Origin: Candidatus Tayloriibacteriota bacterium
Lineage (GTDB): Bacteria > Patescibacteriota > Minisyncoccia > Phycocordibacterales > PALSA-1337
Direction of reading: 5' to 3'
Length of the DNA stretch: 63,618 bases
NCBI GenBank assembly: GCA_037130865.1
Contig: JBAXSG010000003.1
Span: forward strand, 1 to 63,618
In this document: positions 8,920 through 19,483 of the stretch, piece by piece
Layout of the letters: each line of letters starts with the position of its first letter
Numbering within the stretch: the stretch's first letter is position 1
Program-made: the position numbers and the translations under genes
The notes under the pieces: model-generated
Database searches by the model: none
What the model was told of the DNA's origin: nothing
The model's input: only the letters and a program-made list of their open reading frames with translations

Positions 8920-11523
8920 CTACTCCCCACAAAACTTCTTCAGATATTTATCGAAAGCCTCTATGCTGCTAGCAGTACTAGTGGCCGTCTGGTCATTGAC
9001 TGGATCGTAGACAGAGACCCCGCTAGTATCCACTGTCGGCACGACTGATAATGTCGAACTCGCTATAAGATCCGTCGTACCATCTCCATCTATATCTACA
9101 GTAATAACGCTTGCATCCGTTGATGAAGCCGCCTCGATTGTTGTCGTGGCTGTACTCGAGGGTGTCATTGGAATATCAGTGAACTCTGTATGACTCAATG
9201 TAGTTGTGCCTTGAACTTGATCTATGTTCAAAGTAAATGAACCGAAGCCACCACCATTTACCGCCACTGAATATTGTTGACTGGTATCTGATAATGAAAT
9301 AGCAGTGTCAGAACTATCACCTTCAGAGATAAGAGATATATGACTGCCAGGAATATTTTCTTCATAAGCAGTCACAACATTGTCGTCAATACCAGCTGGT
9401 GGATCAACCACGCCGGTATGATTGCCGGCGCTATCCTGAACACTAAGACTAGCCTGCGCATCGACACTAACTACGAGGCGCACTGGTTCCTTCAGAGAAT
9501 CGGTCCAACCCGTAGAGACTCCGACTATAGATACATTATTGGATAATGAACTCCCCGATGAACCGCCTACCAATATATTCTTAATAGTCGCTTGCGTCGT
9601 CGAAGACTCCAATATATTTACATGACTAAAATTCTTTTTCTCTGCTCGCGAAACTGAGGCCAGATCAATCGCGGTAATAGTGGAGCTGGCACCATACGCC
9701 GCACTCGATGCTAGTACTGTACCATCGCCCATACTAGTTGTTAGCTCATAATGAGATAAGACAGTAGAACAGCCGAAATTGAACCAAAATACTCTCAAAC
9801 ACTTCTCTTTATTTATATAGACCAAACTCTTGGGAGTGTCGACATTCCAGCCGACTATTGACCAGCGATATATATTTGCTGGCCAAGAAAAATCTGATAA
9901 TACTGACTGCACAGCGTCACCGGCAGAGGCAAGCATACTATTTCCATTTGCTGGTTGACCTAGGATGAAGCTGGACATATTGGCAAATGATTTTATCGGT
10001 TTAGAGAAAAGTCCCACGGTAGTAGAAGCGAAACTTATGACTGGATCGAGTATTCGCGAAAAATATCCACGCGACGGCAAAAGCGAGTAGGCGCTTGGCA
10101 TGTTTTGACCAAGTTGCCGAGCGACACTAGAATTCAAAATCAAACCACTAGCGATCTCTTGATGATCGCCATGGAGCAAAGCACTTATCGCTGATGGCGT
10201 TCCTAGATATGGAGTTGCCACTGATATAACACTGTCGATAATCCCCGCTTTGCCGATATTTGTCAGCTCTTTCACTAGGTATTCAGCGACTAAACCGCCA
10301 TTACTATGAGCGACTATAGTGACTTTTCCAGTACGCGACCGTGATGCGATATCTCTCGCCACAACAACTAGAGACTCTGTTGTTGTGGCCTTCTTCTCAA
10401 TCCCCGCAACCACCTCCGTGATAGGCTTACGCCAATCATATCCGAAGGACTTCCACTCACCTATCTTTCCATCACTAACCAGACTATCCATAAATCTCAA
10501 AAATGAACTGTATACACCATAAAAGCCAAAGACTTTGTCTATAGGATTACCAGAATAGATAGACGCATCTACGCTTGAACCGTTTGTATCCAAGAAAAGC
10601 TTGCGAACATCGTCATTGCGGTTTGGTGCCCAGAGAGTGTTGGTCGATGTACCACCAATAACTGGGGTGTCACCAAACATAGACACTTCGTCTTTATAGA
10701 GCCAGGTTCCCTCCAATCCAGGTATAAACAAAACACTAGAACAACACGGTGTTGAAGTTGCCTCTATAGTAGGGTCATAATCTAGCCACGGTGTCGTATT
10801 CACTTGGCCAATTACCTTCGACGGCGCATGGTCACTACCCCACCAGTTGTACGCTGCTTTGGTGACACTGGTAGTCTCAGCACTTTTGATATCTGCCAAC
10901 CTATTTTCTGTCAAAGAAGAGTCTGAGATAGTCACTACCGAAGGAGTCATCGGACCGACATCAACTTGGCTAGCACTGTCGCTATAACCATACAGGTATA
11001 CTGGCACCACAGGATCGACATAGACACCATAATCATTGCCGGTTATGCGGCTTCCGACTACGCTGACGTTTCCAGCTTTCACATAGAGGCCGTTCACTGC
11101 TCCAGATATGGTCGAGCTGGAAATAGTGGTGGTGGCATGGTCGATCATCACACCTTTCACTGCATTGATATTCGCTCGTGTAATAGTCGCCTTTGCATAA
11201 TATACATACAGATTATATAAACCGGAAAGAGATACCGGCTGATCGCGCGTGCCATTTACAAAAAGAGTGCCGCCAACAACAAACCCTGGGGCATAACCGA
11301 GGTTCGGATCTTTCTTCACAATGACGCCTGGTCCGATAGTCAGGGTCTTGCCGACTGGTATAGAAACATCTCCAGCCAACAGATACGGGCTACCGCTTAT
11401 ACTCCAAATACCGCCATTTTTCAGAGAACTGTTTGTGATGCGTGTATCTGCATGCACTAGAGCAGGCGTGAGAAAAGTGATAAAAGTAAAAACAAAGGTT
11501 ATCCAGATAAATATCTTATTCAT
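8920..11523 (-). CDS. Secreted protein: N-terminal beta-helix-like region plus alpha/beta-hydrolase (lipase/PGAP1-like) domain
   Basis: The ORF runs to 11568, but the likely start is MNKIFIWITF (signal-like). Nucleophile elbow VTIVAHSNGGLVAEYL. Confidence 0.7.
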   Translation of the reverse strand: MNKIFIWITFVFTFITFLTPALVHADTRITNSSLKNGGIWSISGSPYLLAGDVSIPVGKTLTIGPGVIVKKDPNLGYAPGFVVGGTLFVNGTRDQPVSLSGLYNLYVYYAKATITRANINAVKGVMIDHATTTISSSTISGAVNGLYVKAGNVSVVGSRITGNDYGVYVDPVVPVYLYGYSDSASQVDVGPMTPSVVTISDSSLTENRLADIKSAETTSVTKAAYNWWGSDHAPSKVIGQVNTTPWLDYDPTIEATSTPCCSSVLFIPGLEGTWLYKDEVSMFGDTPVIGGTSTNTLWAPNRNDDVRKLFLDTNGSSVDASIYSGNPIDKVFGFYGVYSSFLRFMDSLVSDGKIGEWKSFGYDWRKPITEVVAGIEKKATTTESLVVVARDIASRSRTGKVTIVAHSNGGLVAEYLVKELTNIGKAGIIDSVISVATPYLGTPSAISALLHGDHQEIASGLILNSSVARQLGQNMPSAYSLLPSRGYFSRILDPVISFASTTVGLFSKPIKSFANMSSFILGQPANGNSMLASAGDAVQSVLSDFSWPANIYRWSIVGWNVDTPKSLVYINKEKCLRVFWFNFGCSTVLSHYELTTSMGDGTVLASSAAYGASSTITAIDLASVSRAEKKNFSHVNILESSTTQATIKNILVGGSSGSSLSNNVSIVGVSTGWTDSLKEPVRLVVSVDAQASLSVQDSAGNHTGVVDPPAGIDDNVVTAYEENIPGSHISLISEGDSSDTAISLSDTSQQYSVAVNGGGFGSFTLNIDQVQGTTTLSHTEFTDIPMTPSSTATTTIEAASSTDASVITVDIDGDGTTDLIASSTLSVVPTVDTSGVSVYDPVNDQTATSTASSIEAFDKYLKKFCGE

Positions 11524-11568
11524 AAAATATGGTTGATTATTATTAATACAGCCATAATAAAACACCAA

Positions 11569-11618
11569 GATAAAATCCTGGTGAAAAAGTTATGAAGAAA
11601 TGCTCAAAAAGTTCTCAA
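11569..11618 (-). promoter_or_regulatory. 50-nt conserved intergenic motif (copy 1), putative promoter
   Basis: GATAAAATCCTGGTGAAAAAGTTATGAAGAAATGCTCAAAAAGTTCTCAA is ~90% identical to 22408-22457. In minus orientation it reads TTGAGA-N18-CATAAC, 45-95 nt upstream of the 11523 start. Confidence 0.4.
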
Positions 11619-11823
11619 CTTTTGTTCAAGACAAGAATTGCTCAGGGTTTGTATTGCCCAACAAAATATATGATCACAAAACTGATGAATAAAATAAATA
11701 CAAAACCAATCAGGAACTTGAAGAATGTTCTATCAAAAGGGTTTTTCATATCTATATTCTATCAAAAAATCGTCCTCTCTGTTTGCCTTTGGAGATCTCA
11801 TCTTATTCCTATCAGACCAAAAC

Positions 11824-11846
11824 AAAAACCGCCCTTGTGGGGCGGC
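11824..11846 (-). terminator. Rho-independent terminator after the 583-aa surface protein gene
   Basis: CCGCCC-CACA-AGGGCGG followed by TTTTT on the minus strand. Confidence 0.6.
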
Positions 11847-11919
11847 TTCTGTTCCAACTTTGTGTATCCCCAGGACGATCTGAAGGATCGCCTGTTGGGA
11901 GGAGAGAGCGTACTCTAGA

Positions 11920-13671
11920 TTATAGAGTGACGTTGCCTGTTGTTCTGAATGTATCAGCAACATAGGTAACACCGTTGATTGACTCAACACGTGCGCTAAC
12001 AAGACCTCCAGCTGGGACATAAACACCGTTAGGACCAGTGAATGCTGTCTGAGCTGTGAAGGTAGCTGTTGAACCGTCAGCAACTACGTAAGGACCGCTT
12101 CCGCTTACGCCAGAAGTAGGCTTGTCATAGATAGCTGAAGTTGTAGCAACTCTACCATTGTTAACATAGATACCAATAACAACTGCATCTGCAGCAGCAA
12201 CACTAACATCTGTGCCTTGTGCACTCAAAGTGAATGTGAATGAAGTTGCGAATGTGCTAGAAGCTGAAGTACCAATCACTGACTTCGTAATTGTTGGGGT
12301 ACCAACAAGTGTGAAGACTGGACCGGCCTTGGTAACTGACAATGTGTTTGCTGTAGCAGAACCTGTAGGAGTGATTCCCAATCCTTGTGAGTTCTGAGCC
12401 TTAACAGCAGAAGCGATGATGAAACCGCTACCGATGCTTGCATTCAAACTACCAGGAGTTGTAGAAGCACTGCGTATATCAACCTTGATTGTGAATGTCT
12501 TTGTTGTGTCAGCAGCGATAACGTAGCCAGTTGTTCCACCAATGTTGGTGAAAGCGGCTGTACCATTTGCTGAAACGGCGACATTGGCAACTAGTGTTGA
12601 ACCATCGTAAAGGTAAGCAGATGTGATAGAGCCAGTAGATATTGTCGTGCTAGCTGAAATATCTGTGACACCAATGGCATCCTTCTTTGCCTTCAAATCG
12701 AATACCAATGCTGTGACCTTATCGGCCTCATCATTGTTTGCACCGCTGTTAGCGATAACAGCTCCTATAGCAGGAGTTGACTGGTTTGTAGAAACAGTCA
12801 AGCTTGCGCTGTCAACCAATGAAGTAGCAATAGTGACTGCCTGTGGGATGGCAGTTGCTGGAGAGTATTGATCAACTCCGGCACCATCAACACCGCGAAC
12901 ACCTTGTACTGGAACAGTGAAAGTATAAGCATGGCGATATGTAGTATCGACGCTTGAATTTACGTTCGCTGTGATCGAAAGATAACGATATGTGTTAGCA
13001 GGAACAACATAGCTGAATCCTGTTATCTGAGCATAGTAGTTACCATCGCTCAACTTGACAATGTTGTTCAAGTTAAGAGGGTAAGAAGCAATAACCTGGC
13101 CATTGTCAGCGACGAGACTAAGACCGTTGAAAGCCTTTGTGACGATCGTTGTTGATGTTCCTAGGTTGATGCTGACTCTCTTGACTGTGATGTCTGAAGT
13201 AAGAGCACGGAGGCGAAGGCTAAGAACTGGAACGTTAACATTGCCTTCGTAGACTGTGGTGTTAGAAATAGCACCCTGGTCAACTGTAAGAGTACCTTCC
13301 AAGCCAACTGTTGAAACTGGAGTAACTGCTCCAGCAACTGGAGTACATGTATATCCTGCTGGGCAGCCTGCTGCTACTGGAGCAACTGCTACACCACCAT
13401 TCAAAGCTGCGCGGGTCAAAGGACCTACGAAACCTGTGGCAGGGACACCCTTAGCGGCCTGGTACTTTTGTACTGCAGCCTTTGTCTGTGAACCGAAGTA
13501 ACCTGTAGCACCTGCTGGGATAGAATAACCGCCAGCGATAAGTGCTGTCTGAAGAGCTGTGACATCTGCACCTCTAGAACCAACTGTAAGGTTAGCACTG
13601 AAAGTAGCAGCTGAAGCAACTACAGCGAAAGCCAATATGGCGACTGTAGAAGCTGTAAGAATCTTTTTCAT
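11920..13671 (-). CDS. Secreted cell-surface protein with an N-terminal peptidoglycan-binding domain
   Basis: 583 aa. Signal peptide MKKILTASTVAILAFAVVASA, PG_binding-like GSRGADVTALQTALIAGGYSIPAGATGYFGSQTKAAVQKYQ, then a long Thr/Ser/Ala/Val-rich beta-type region. Confidence 0.75.
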   Translation of the reverse strand: MKKILTASTVAILAFAVVASAATFSANLTVGSRGADVTALQTALIAGGYSIPAGATGYFGSQTKAAVQKYQAAKGVPATGFVGPLTRAALNGGVAVAPVAAGCPAGYTCTPVAGAVTPVSTVGLEGTLTVDQGAISNTTVYEGNVNVPVLSLRLRALTSDITVKRVSINLGTSTTIVTKAFNGLSLVADNGQVIASYPLNLNNIVKLSDGNYYAQITGFSYVVPANTYRYLSITANVNSSVDTTYRHAYTFTVPVQGVRGVDGAGVDQYSPATAIPQAVTIATSLVDSASLTVSTNQSTPAIGAVIANSGANNDEADKVTALVFDLKAKKDAIGVTDISASTTISTGSITSAYLYDGSTLVANVAVSANGTAAFTNIGGTTGYVIAADTTKTFTIKVDIRSASTTPGSLNASIGSGFIIASAVKAQNSQGLGITPTGSATANTLSVTKAGPVFTLVGTPTITKSVIGTSASSTFATSFTFTLSAQGTDVSVAAADAVVIGIYVNNGRVATTSAIYDKPTSGVSGSGPYVVADGSTATFTAQTAFTGPNGVYVPAGGLVSARVESINGVTYVADTFRTTGNVTL

Positions 13672-14100
13672 ATCTATATTTTTATAATTAATGCGTCATC
13701 TCTTGTTATTAATAAAATAAGAGGTGTTGCGCAGTTTGTAAACTAATAATCTAACCTATGTATGCTCGCGTTCCGAATTTATATTTTTATTATACAAAAA
13801 CGGGTCGACCGCGAAACACTTATTCCACATTTCCATGTCCGTACTATCGACTTCCAGACAAAGAATTTAGTGGGCTAGTAAACAAGACGAACTTTCTATT
13901 TACATTTTTCACACTATGTAATTGTCAAAGTCCGTACCCTTAAAGCTTACGCCTTAAGACGAACGAATATGTCCAAATAAATGGCAAACATACGCATTCG
14001 TTACAAAGCATTATACCCCATAACGGCCTCATATAACAAAAGGTCCAATTGGGGATAACGCAAGTATATTAGGGTAAATAGGGCTAAAAGTCAAGAGTGG

Positions 14101-14200
14101 CTAGAAATATGGGTATATAGACACCTTGCGAGTGCTGGCACGAGCACGAGGAATTTGCCAGCAGGCAAATATCCGTGTGTCTATATACCCATATTTCTAG
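14101..14200. repeat. 100-nt palindromic element (24-bp perfect arms)
   Basis: CTAGAAATATGGGTATATAGACAC (14101-14124) is the exact reverse complement of 14177-14200. The 52-nt centre holds two small hairpins (GTGCT..AGCAC, TTTGCC-AGCA-GGCAAA). Confidence 0.85.
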
Positions 14201-14205
14201 CCTCT

Positions 14206-15090
14206 CTACCTTAGTGAGTAGCGGGACCAGCGGCGCTCACCTTCCTTCTTTATAAGGCCATTGTCGACCATTGCTAGCAGTTCGCGCTGGATAGTCTTTT
14301 CACTACAGCCTTTTATGATCTTGGTGAAGTCCTTTATAGTGAGGCTGGATTGTCCTTTTAAGGCAGTGATAATAAGCTCCTGTCTTTCAGACTTTTTCTC
14401 TTGGACATCCACATGTCCTTTATGAATAGGCTTATTTATAGCCTGCAATTGGCCATGCTGTCCTACTGACTGGTTCGATGAATGACCGGAGGATTGAGTT
14501 CCTGCAGACCCGGTATTGGATTTGAAATCTGTTGAAAAGAGGTTTGGTGTCTTAAAGAAAACATCGGACAAAACATAACCAGCAGTTTCCGCATTGGCGA
14601 TAAGACGATCGCGAAGTAGTCCAAGTATGCCATCTATTTCACGCACCAAAAGACGGTGATTCATCTCTGTAATAAGGCTAGAAACTTTCGCTACATTTAG
14701 AAGTGATATAGTTTCGAGCGCTGCTGTGAAGAGTGACTGGATAACTGTATTTTTATCCCCAGGTAATGTAGATGAGGCTGTAAAGGACGAAGTCAATAAA
14801 TCCATACCCTTATCGCGCAACTCCCACTTGATAGGCTCCTCGTCCTTGAGAAGTCCGGAGACTAGATAAAGTGCTGCTGTTATCTTCTCAACTTTCTTAA
14901 AGACATATAGCAAATATTCCTCTGCACTGAAAAACCCCAATGATTTCCACTTCAAAGGGTCATGTATAGGGAGTTCATTTCCGCTTGAATTGTTGATATT
15001 TCCATTATCCATAGATATGTCTTTATTGTGTCCTTTATTAAAATCAGATGAAATTTTATGTCTGTGATATTTTTCTCTGTGTCTGTTCAA
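14206..15090 (-). CDS. Hypothetical protein with a C-terminal winged-helix DNA-binding domain
   Basis: 294 aa. C-terminus LTIKDFTKIIKGCSEKTIQRELLAMVDNGLIKKEGERRWSRYSL. Start codon uncertain. Confidence 0.6.
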   Translation of the reverse strand: MNRHREKYHRHKISSDFNKGHNKDISMDNGNINNSSGNELPIHDPLKWKSLGFFSAEEYLLYVFKKVEKITAALYLVSGLLKDEEPIKWELRDKGMDLLTSSFTASSTLPGDKNTVIQSLFTAALETISLLNVAKVSSLITEMNHRLLVREIDGILGLLRDRLIANAETAGYVLSDVFFKTPNLFSTDFKSNTGSAGTQSSGHSSNQSVGQHGQLQAINKPIHKGHVDVQEKKSERQELIITALKGQSSLTIKDFTKIIKGCSEKTIQRELLAMVDNGLIKKEGERRWSRYSLR

Positions 15091-15181
15091 TGTCTCTTAG
15101 GTGTCCATTATATGCCTATAAAATAAAGTTGCAAGTATTGACAGCTATTGTGCTATTATTAGTACATAAATAATTATTTTT

Positions 15182-17551
15182 ATGGCAAAGAAAAAAGATC
15201 GAGATTCTGAATTTATAGAAAAGGCAAAGTTCTGGAATGATATGCACGAGGAGACGGTGCAGACCATATTGGCGATATTCGCTTTCATGCTAACTATACT
15301 ATCTCTGTTGGCGGCTTTCGGAAAAGCGGGGGTGCTCGGAGATATGGCCTATACTTTCTTCACAAGACTATGCGGTGTCGGATACTTCTTGATACCAGTC
15401 ATCGCTACTCTTATCGGTATTGCTCTTCTGCGTGGTGTTGAGAAAAGATTCCGAGTATCGAAGACTATTGGGTCACTAGTATTCTTTCTATCAAGCCTTG
15501 GCCTAATCCAAATCGCTAGTGCTGGACATGGTGGGGCTCTCGGCCGTTTGGTCGCCGTACCATTGATAAAAATACTAGATGTTTATGCAAGTTCAATCTT
15601 ATTGATCGTACTTATAGTAGTATCTCTGTTTATTCTTTTCGAAGCGCATTTCACTCTAGAACAGCTGATGTTCTGGAGATACTTCCGTTCCGAGAAATCT
15701 ACCAACGCAAAAGGTGCTGGAGTAGGTAGACATGATGACGATGATGGTGAGATGAATGACAATGAAGAGGCAAAGATTGATCAGGCTTTGGCTGGAGCAC
15801 AGACACCAGCACAGCTGGAGGCGGCCGAAGCAATAGCACGTGCCAAGAAAGTCGAGGAAAGAGCTCGTAGCGCAAATAAGACAAGTGGAAAGGCTGGTGC
15901 ATTGGACTTCAGTGACGAAGACGCCAGTGCTTTCGCTTCAGCTATAACTATTCCATTACTAAAACCTTTTACACCCCCTCCCCTATCACTCCTAGAGAAA
16001 GATCGTGGTAAACCAGAAACGGGAGACATCAAAGCAAATGCCAATATCATCAAGCGTACACTTCAGAACTTCGGCATAACAGTTGAGATGGATGAAATAT
16101 CTATCGGCCCTTCAGTCACGCGCTATTCCCTCAAACCTGCTGAAGGTGTGAAGTTGTCTCGTATTATTACATTGAACAATGATCTATCATTGGCTCTGGC
16201 GGCCCACCCTATCCGTATAGAAGCACCAATCCCTGGTAAATCACTCGTCGGTATAGAAGTACCAAATACTGCCAAGACGACTGTGGGTCTGGCCACATTG
16301 CTTGGTGCAACTGAATATCAAGAATCAGAAAAGCCTCTGTTCGTTTCGCTTGGAAAAGACATCACCGGTCGAGCTCATTTCTGTAACTTGGCCAAGGCAC
16401 CTCATATGCTTATAGCTGGAGCCACCGGCTCTGGTAAATCCGTAAGTATACATGCTCTCATTACTTCCCTTTTGTATCGCAATTCTCCAGAAAATCTGAA
16501 GTTTATAATGATAGATCCTAAGCGCGTGGAGCTAACCTTATACAATAAGATTCCTCACCTTCTTACTCCGGTCATCACTGATCCCAAGAAAGCTATATTA
16601 GCTCTCAAATGGGCTGCCAAAGAAATGAGTCGTCGTTACGATATTCTTGAGAAGAACTCTGCTCGTGATATTGATTCTTATCATAAAAATGTCCTTGCAC
16701 CGGCTGTAAGTAAACTCCAGACTGAGAGTACAAAGAAAAGAGGTGGCATAATCAGTAGTGAAGATGCATCTGGATTACCAGAGACTATGCCATTTATAGC
16801 GATTGTTATAGATGAGTTGGCTGACATTATGCAGACATATCCACGCGAACTTGAAGCCGCTATAGTCCGTCTCGCACAGATGAGCCGCGCAGTTGGTATT
16901 CACTTGATAGTTTCCACACAAAGACCTAGCGTAAATGTCATTACTGGTCTTATCAAAGCCAACATCCCTACTCGTATCGCTTTGCAAGTCGCTTCACAGA
17001 TAGACTCACGAACAATCCTCGATCAGATGGGTGCAGAAAAACTCCTTGGTGCCGGCGATATGCTCTACTTAGGCGGTGAGATGTCTAAGCCGGTTCGTCT
17101 TCAATCTGCTTATATATCCGAAGGAGAGGTCAAAGCCGTGGTGAAGTTCTTGGCTGATCAATACAAAGATGAAATTCTTGGAGAAATAAACCTAAACATG
17201 AGCGAAGCTGGATCTGGAGCTGCGTTCAGTGCAAATATAGACCTAGATAGCGATTCTCTCGAAGATCAAGATGAGCTCTATGAATCCGCCAAGGAAGCTG
17301 TCATCGCTGCTGGCAAAGCTTCGACTTCATATATCCAGCGCAAGCTCGGTGTCGGTTATTCCCGTGCTGCCAAACTTATGGATATTCTCGAAGATCAAGG
17401 TGTTATCGGTCCCGCAAATGGTTCCAAGCCCCGTGAGATTATGGGTGGCGGCTCTTCAAATGGTCCTGGCGGCTCAGACGGCGACCTCGGTGGTCTACCT
17501 GGTGAAAATGGCGGTGAGACTGACAAAATAGCCCAGGAATTGGGATTATAA
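15182..17551 (+). CDS. ftsK: DNA translocase FtsK/SpoIIIE
   Basis: 789 aa. N-terminal TM helices, Walker A GATGSGKS, IVIDELADIM, C-terminal gamma wHTH SYIQRKLGVGYSRAAKLMDILE. Confidence 0.93.
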   Translation: MAKKKDRDSEFIEKAKFWNDMHEETVQTILAIFAFMLTILSLLAAFGKAGVLGDMAYTFFTRLCGVGYFLIPVIATLIGIALLRGVEKRFRVSKTIGSLVFFLSSLGLIQIASAGHGGALGRLVAVPLIKILDVYASSILLIVLIVVSLFILFEAHFTLEQLMFWRYFRSEKSTNAKGAGVGRHDDDDGEMNDNEEAKIDQALAGAQTPAQLEAAEAIARAKKVEERARSANKTSGKAGALDFSDEDASAFASAITIPLLKPFTPPPLSLLEKDRGKPETGDIKANANIIKRTLQNFGITVEMDEISIGPSVTRYSLKPAEGVKLSRIITLNNDLSLALAAHPIRIEAPIPGKSLVGIEVPNTAKTTVGLATLLGATEYQESEKPLFVSLGKDITGRAHFCNLAKAPHMLIAGATGSGKSVSIHALITSLLYRNSPENLKFIMIDPKRVELTLYNKIPHLLTPVITDPKKAILALKWAAKEMSRRYDILEKNSARDIDSYHKNVLAPAVSKLQTESTKKRGGIISSEDASGLPETMPFIAIVIDELADIMQTYPRELEAAIVRLAQMSRAVGIHLIVSTQRPSVNVITGLIKANIPTRIALQVASQIDSRTILDQMGAEKLLGAGDMLYLGGEMSKPVRLQSAYISEGEVKAVVKFLADQYKDEILGEINLNMSEAGSGAAFSANIDLDSDSLEDQDELYESAKEAVIAAGKASTSYIQRKLGVGYSRAAKLMDILEDQGVIGPANGSKPREIMGGGSSNGPGGSDGDLGGLPGENGGETDKIAQELGL

Positions 17552-17618
17552 TATTTGATTTGTTTTTGACTAAAGCGTGTGCTAGATTTCAATTAGAGAA
17601 AGGAAGGAGGCTATAACT

Positions 17619-17822
17619 ATGGCCAATGGACAATGTTGTAAGCACTGTGGCTGGCCAGAAGCTGCGCACATGATGTTCAAACAGGCTGCCCTGGCAACCC
17701 CTCCTCGTGAAAACCCCAAGCATCAAGTTCCTGTCGAAGGATATGAACATGCTTTGAAGGATTGCCAAGGCTTCTCAGCTGAGGATGAATCCGAGGAGTC
17801 AAAAAAGAAAATGCCCCCATAA
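17619..17822 (+). CDS. Small Cys-containing hypothetical protein
   Basis: 67 aa. Strong SD GGAAGGAGG 7-8 nt upstream, followed directly by a terminator hairpin. Confidence 0.5.
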   Translation: MANGQCCKHCGWPEAAHMMFKQAALATPPRENPKHQVPVEGYEHALKDCQGFSAEDESEESKKKMPP

Positions 17823-17865
17823 ACACCCCACCAGGTCTATAGCGTCTGGTGGGGTTCGGTGTTTT
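17822..17865 (+). terminator. Rho-independent terminator
   Basis: CCCCACCAG...CTGGTGGGG stem (17826-17854) with an outer AACACC/GGTGTT extension and a T-run. Confidence 0.6.
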
Positions 17866-17954
17866 AGATGAGTAGAGATTTACCTTTGAATCCGAACACT
17901 TGTAATTCTTCTTCATTTACCTATATACTTGGACTGTATACATTCCCCACTCAA

Positions 17955-18317
17955 ATGAACATAACCCGCACTACATTTCTACGAATAATAAAAACTACTG
18001 CCATCGCCGTGGTAGCTATCATCATCATCACTTACGCAATAGCGCGTTCACTGACTTACGCGCGTGGTCCGAAAATAGACTTAAATGAGCCGGCAGATGG
18101 AGCGGTGGTCTCATCCCCTACTGTGGACTTGGCTGGTATGATAGAACGCGCACACGACCTGACTATAAACGGTAGTGCTGTGTCTATAGATGAACAAGGT
18201 AATTTCAAGCAAACTATCGTGGTTTTTCCAGGCATAAATAAGATAACTCTACGTGCAACTGACCAATTTGATCGCAACACAGAAACTGACATTGTCATAG
18301 TAGGTGCAAATAATTGA
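17955..18317 (+). CDS. Membrane-anchored hypothetical protein
   Basis: Likely start [30 protein letters not shown] (TM anchor), then a beta-rich ectodomain. Confidence 0.55.
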   Translation: MNITRTTFLRIIKTTAIAVVAIIIITYAIARSLTYARGPKIDLNEPADGAVVSSPTVDLAGMIERAHDLTINGSAVSIDEQGNFKQTIVVFPGINKITLRATDQFDRNTETDIVIVGANN

Positions 18318-18375
18318 TTGTGATATTATAGGCATAAGCCCGCCTCTTATTATAAAAATAAAGAGCGAATTCAAT

Positions 18376-19389
18376 ATGCCAAAAAATACAAAAGAAAGTA
18401 AAGCCTCAAAGTCAATGTCAGAAATAAGTGACGCCTTAGATAGTATCCGTACAAAATTCGGTGAAGAAGCTATTATGAAACTTGGAGATAAGCCGAGAGT
18501 TAATGTCGATGTTATCCCTACTGGTTCTATAGGACTCGACTGGGCGCTCGGCATCGGTGGCTTCCCCCGCGGTCGCATTGTGGAGATATTCGGTCCAGAA
18601 TCCTCTGGTAAAACAACGCTGGCACTGCACGCGGTCGCCGAAGCACAGAAGCGCGGAGGTGTTTGCGCCTACATAGACGCGGAACACGCTATGGATCCAG
18701 AATACTCAAAGAAGATTGGCGTGAAGATCGAGGAACTCCTCATATCACAACCAGACACAGGCGAACAGGCGCTCGATATAGTCGAGAGTCTCATCCGCAC
18801 AAATAAGATGGATATTATCGTCATAGACTCCGTGGCCGCACTGACGCCACGAGCAGAGATTGAGGGAGATATGGGTGCATTCCATGTTGGTACACAAGCG
18901 CGTCTTATGTCACAAGCCCTCCGCAAACTTACAGCTATAGTGGCACGTTCGAAGACTGTTGTTATATTCATCAACCAGATTCGTATGCAAATCGGTGTCA
19001 TGTTCGGCAATCCAGAAACAACTCCAGGTGGCAAGGCTTTGAAATTCTACTGTTCAGTACGTCTCGACATTCGCCGCATCGCCCAGATCAAAAAAGGCGA
19101 AGAAGTCATGGGTGGTCGCGTACGCGTGAAGGTTGTGAAAAATAAAGTCGCGGCACCATTTAAACAAACAGAGTTCGATCTTATGTATAACGAAGGTATT
19201 TCCAAGGAAGGAGAAATCATCGCACTCGGTGAGAAGTTCGGTATCGTCGGCAAAAGCGGTGCTTCTTACTCTTTCGGTGAAGAGAAGCTCGGGCGCGGCT
19301 ATGACGCTACCAGACAATTCCTCAAGGAAAATCCAGTCAAACGTGATGAGATCCTCGTAAAGATTCGTGAGAAATTGAGCGCGGAGTAA
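18376..19389 (+). CDS. recA: Recombinase RecA
   Basis: Walker [51 protein letters not shown]. The start is taken at MPKNTKES, inside the longer ORF 18304..19389. Confidence 0.95.
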   Translation: MPKNTKESKASKSMSEISDALDSIRTKFGEEAIMKLGDKPRVNVDVIPTGSIGLDWALGIGGFPRGRIVEIFGPESSGKTTLALHAVAEAQKRGGVCAYIDAEHAMDPEYSKKIGVKIEELLISQPDTGEQALDIVESLIRTNKMDIIVIDSVAALTPRAEIEGDMGAFHVGTQARLMSQALRKLTAIVARSKTVVIFINQIRMQIGVMFGNPETTPGGKALKFYCSVRLDIRRIAQIKKGEEVMGGRVRVKVVKNKVAAPFKQTEFDLMYNEGISKEGEIIALGEKFGIVGKSGASYSFGEEKLGRGYDATRQFLKENPVKRDEILVKIREKLSAE

Positions 19390-19449
19390 GTCAGAACCAT
19401 AGAACCAGAAATCCCGGTTTACAGTCGAAAGCCGGGTTGTTCTGGTATC

Positions 19450-19477
19450 TTGACTATGTATATACCTGGTATATACT
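19450..19477 (+). promoter_or_regulatory. Near-consensus sigma70-type promoter of the RHH/RelE operon
   Basis: TTGACT-N16-TATACT ends 6 nt before the 19484 start codon, which implies a very short or absent leader. Confidence 0.4.
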
Positions 19478-19483
19478 ATTATT

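Noticed and set aside
11592-11918. 108-aa plus-strand ORF starting inside the conserved intergenic motif
   Set aside because: The homologous motif copy at 22408-22457 has a stop after 4 codons, so the conservation is at the nucleotide level. The ORF also crosses the terminator of the neighbouring gene.
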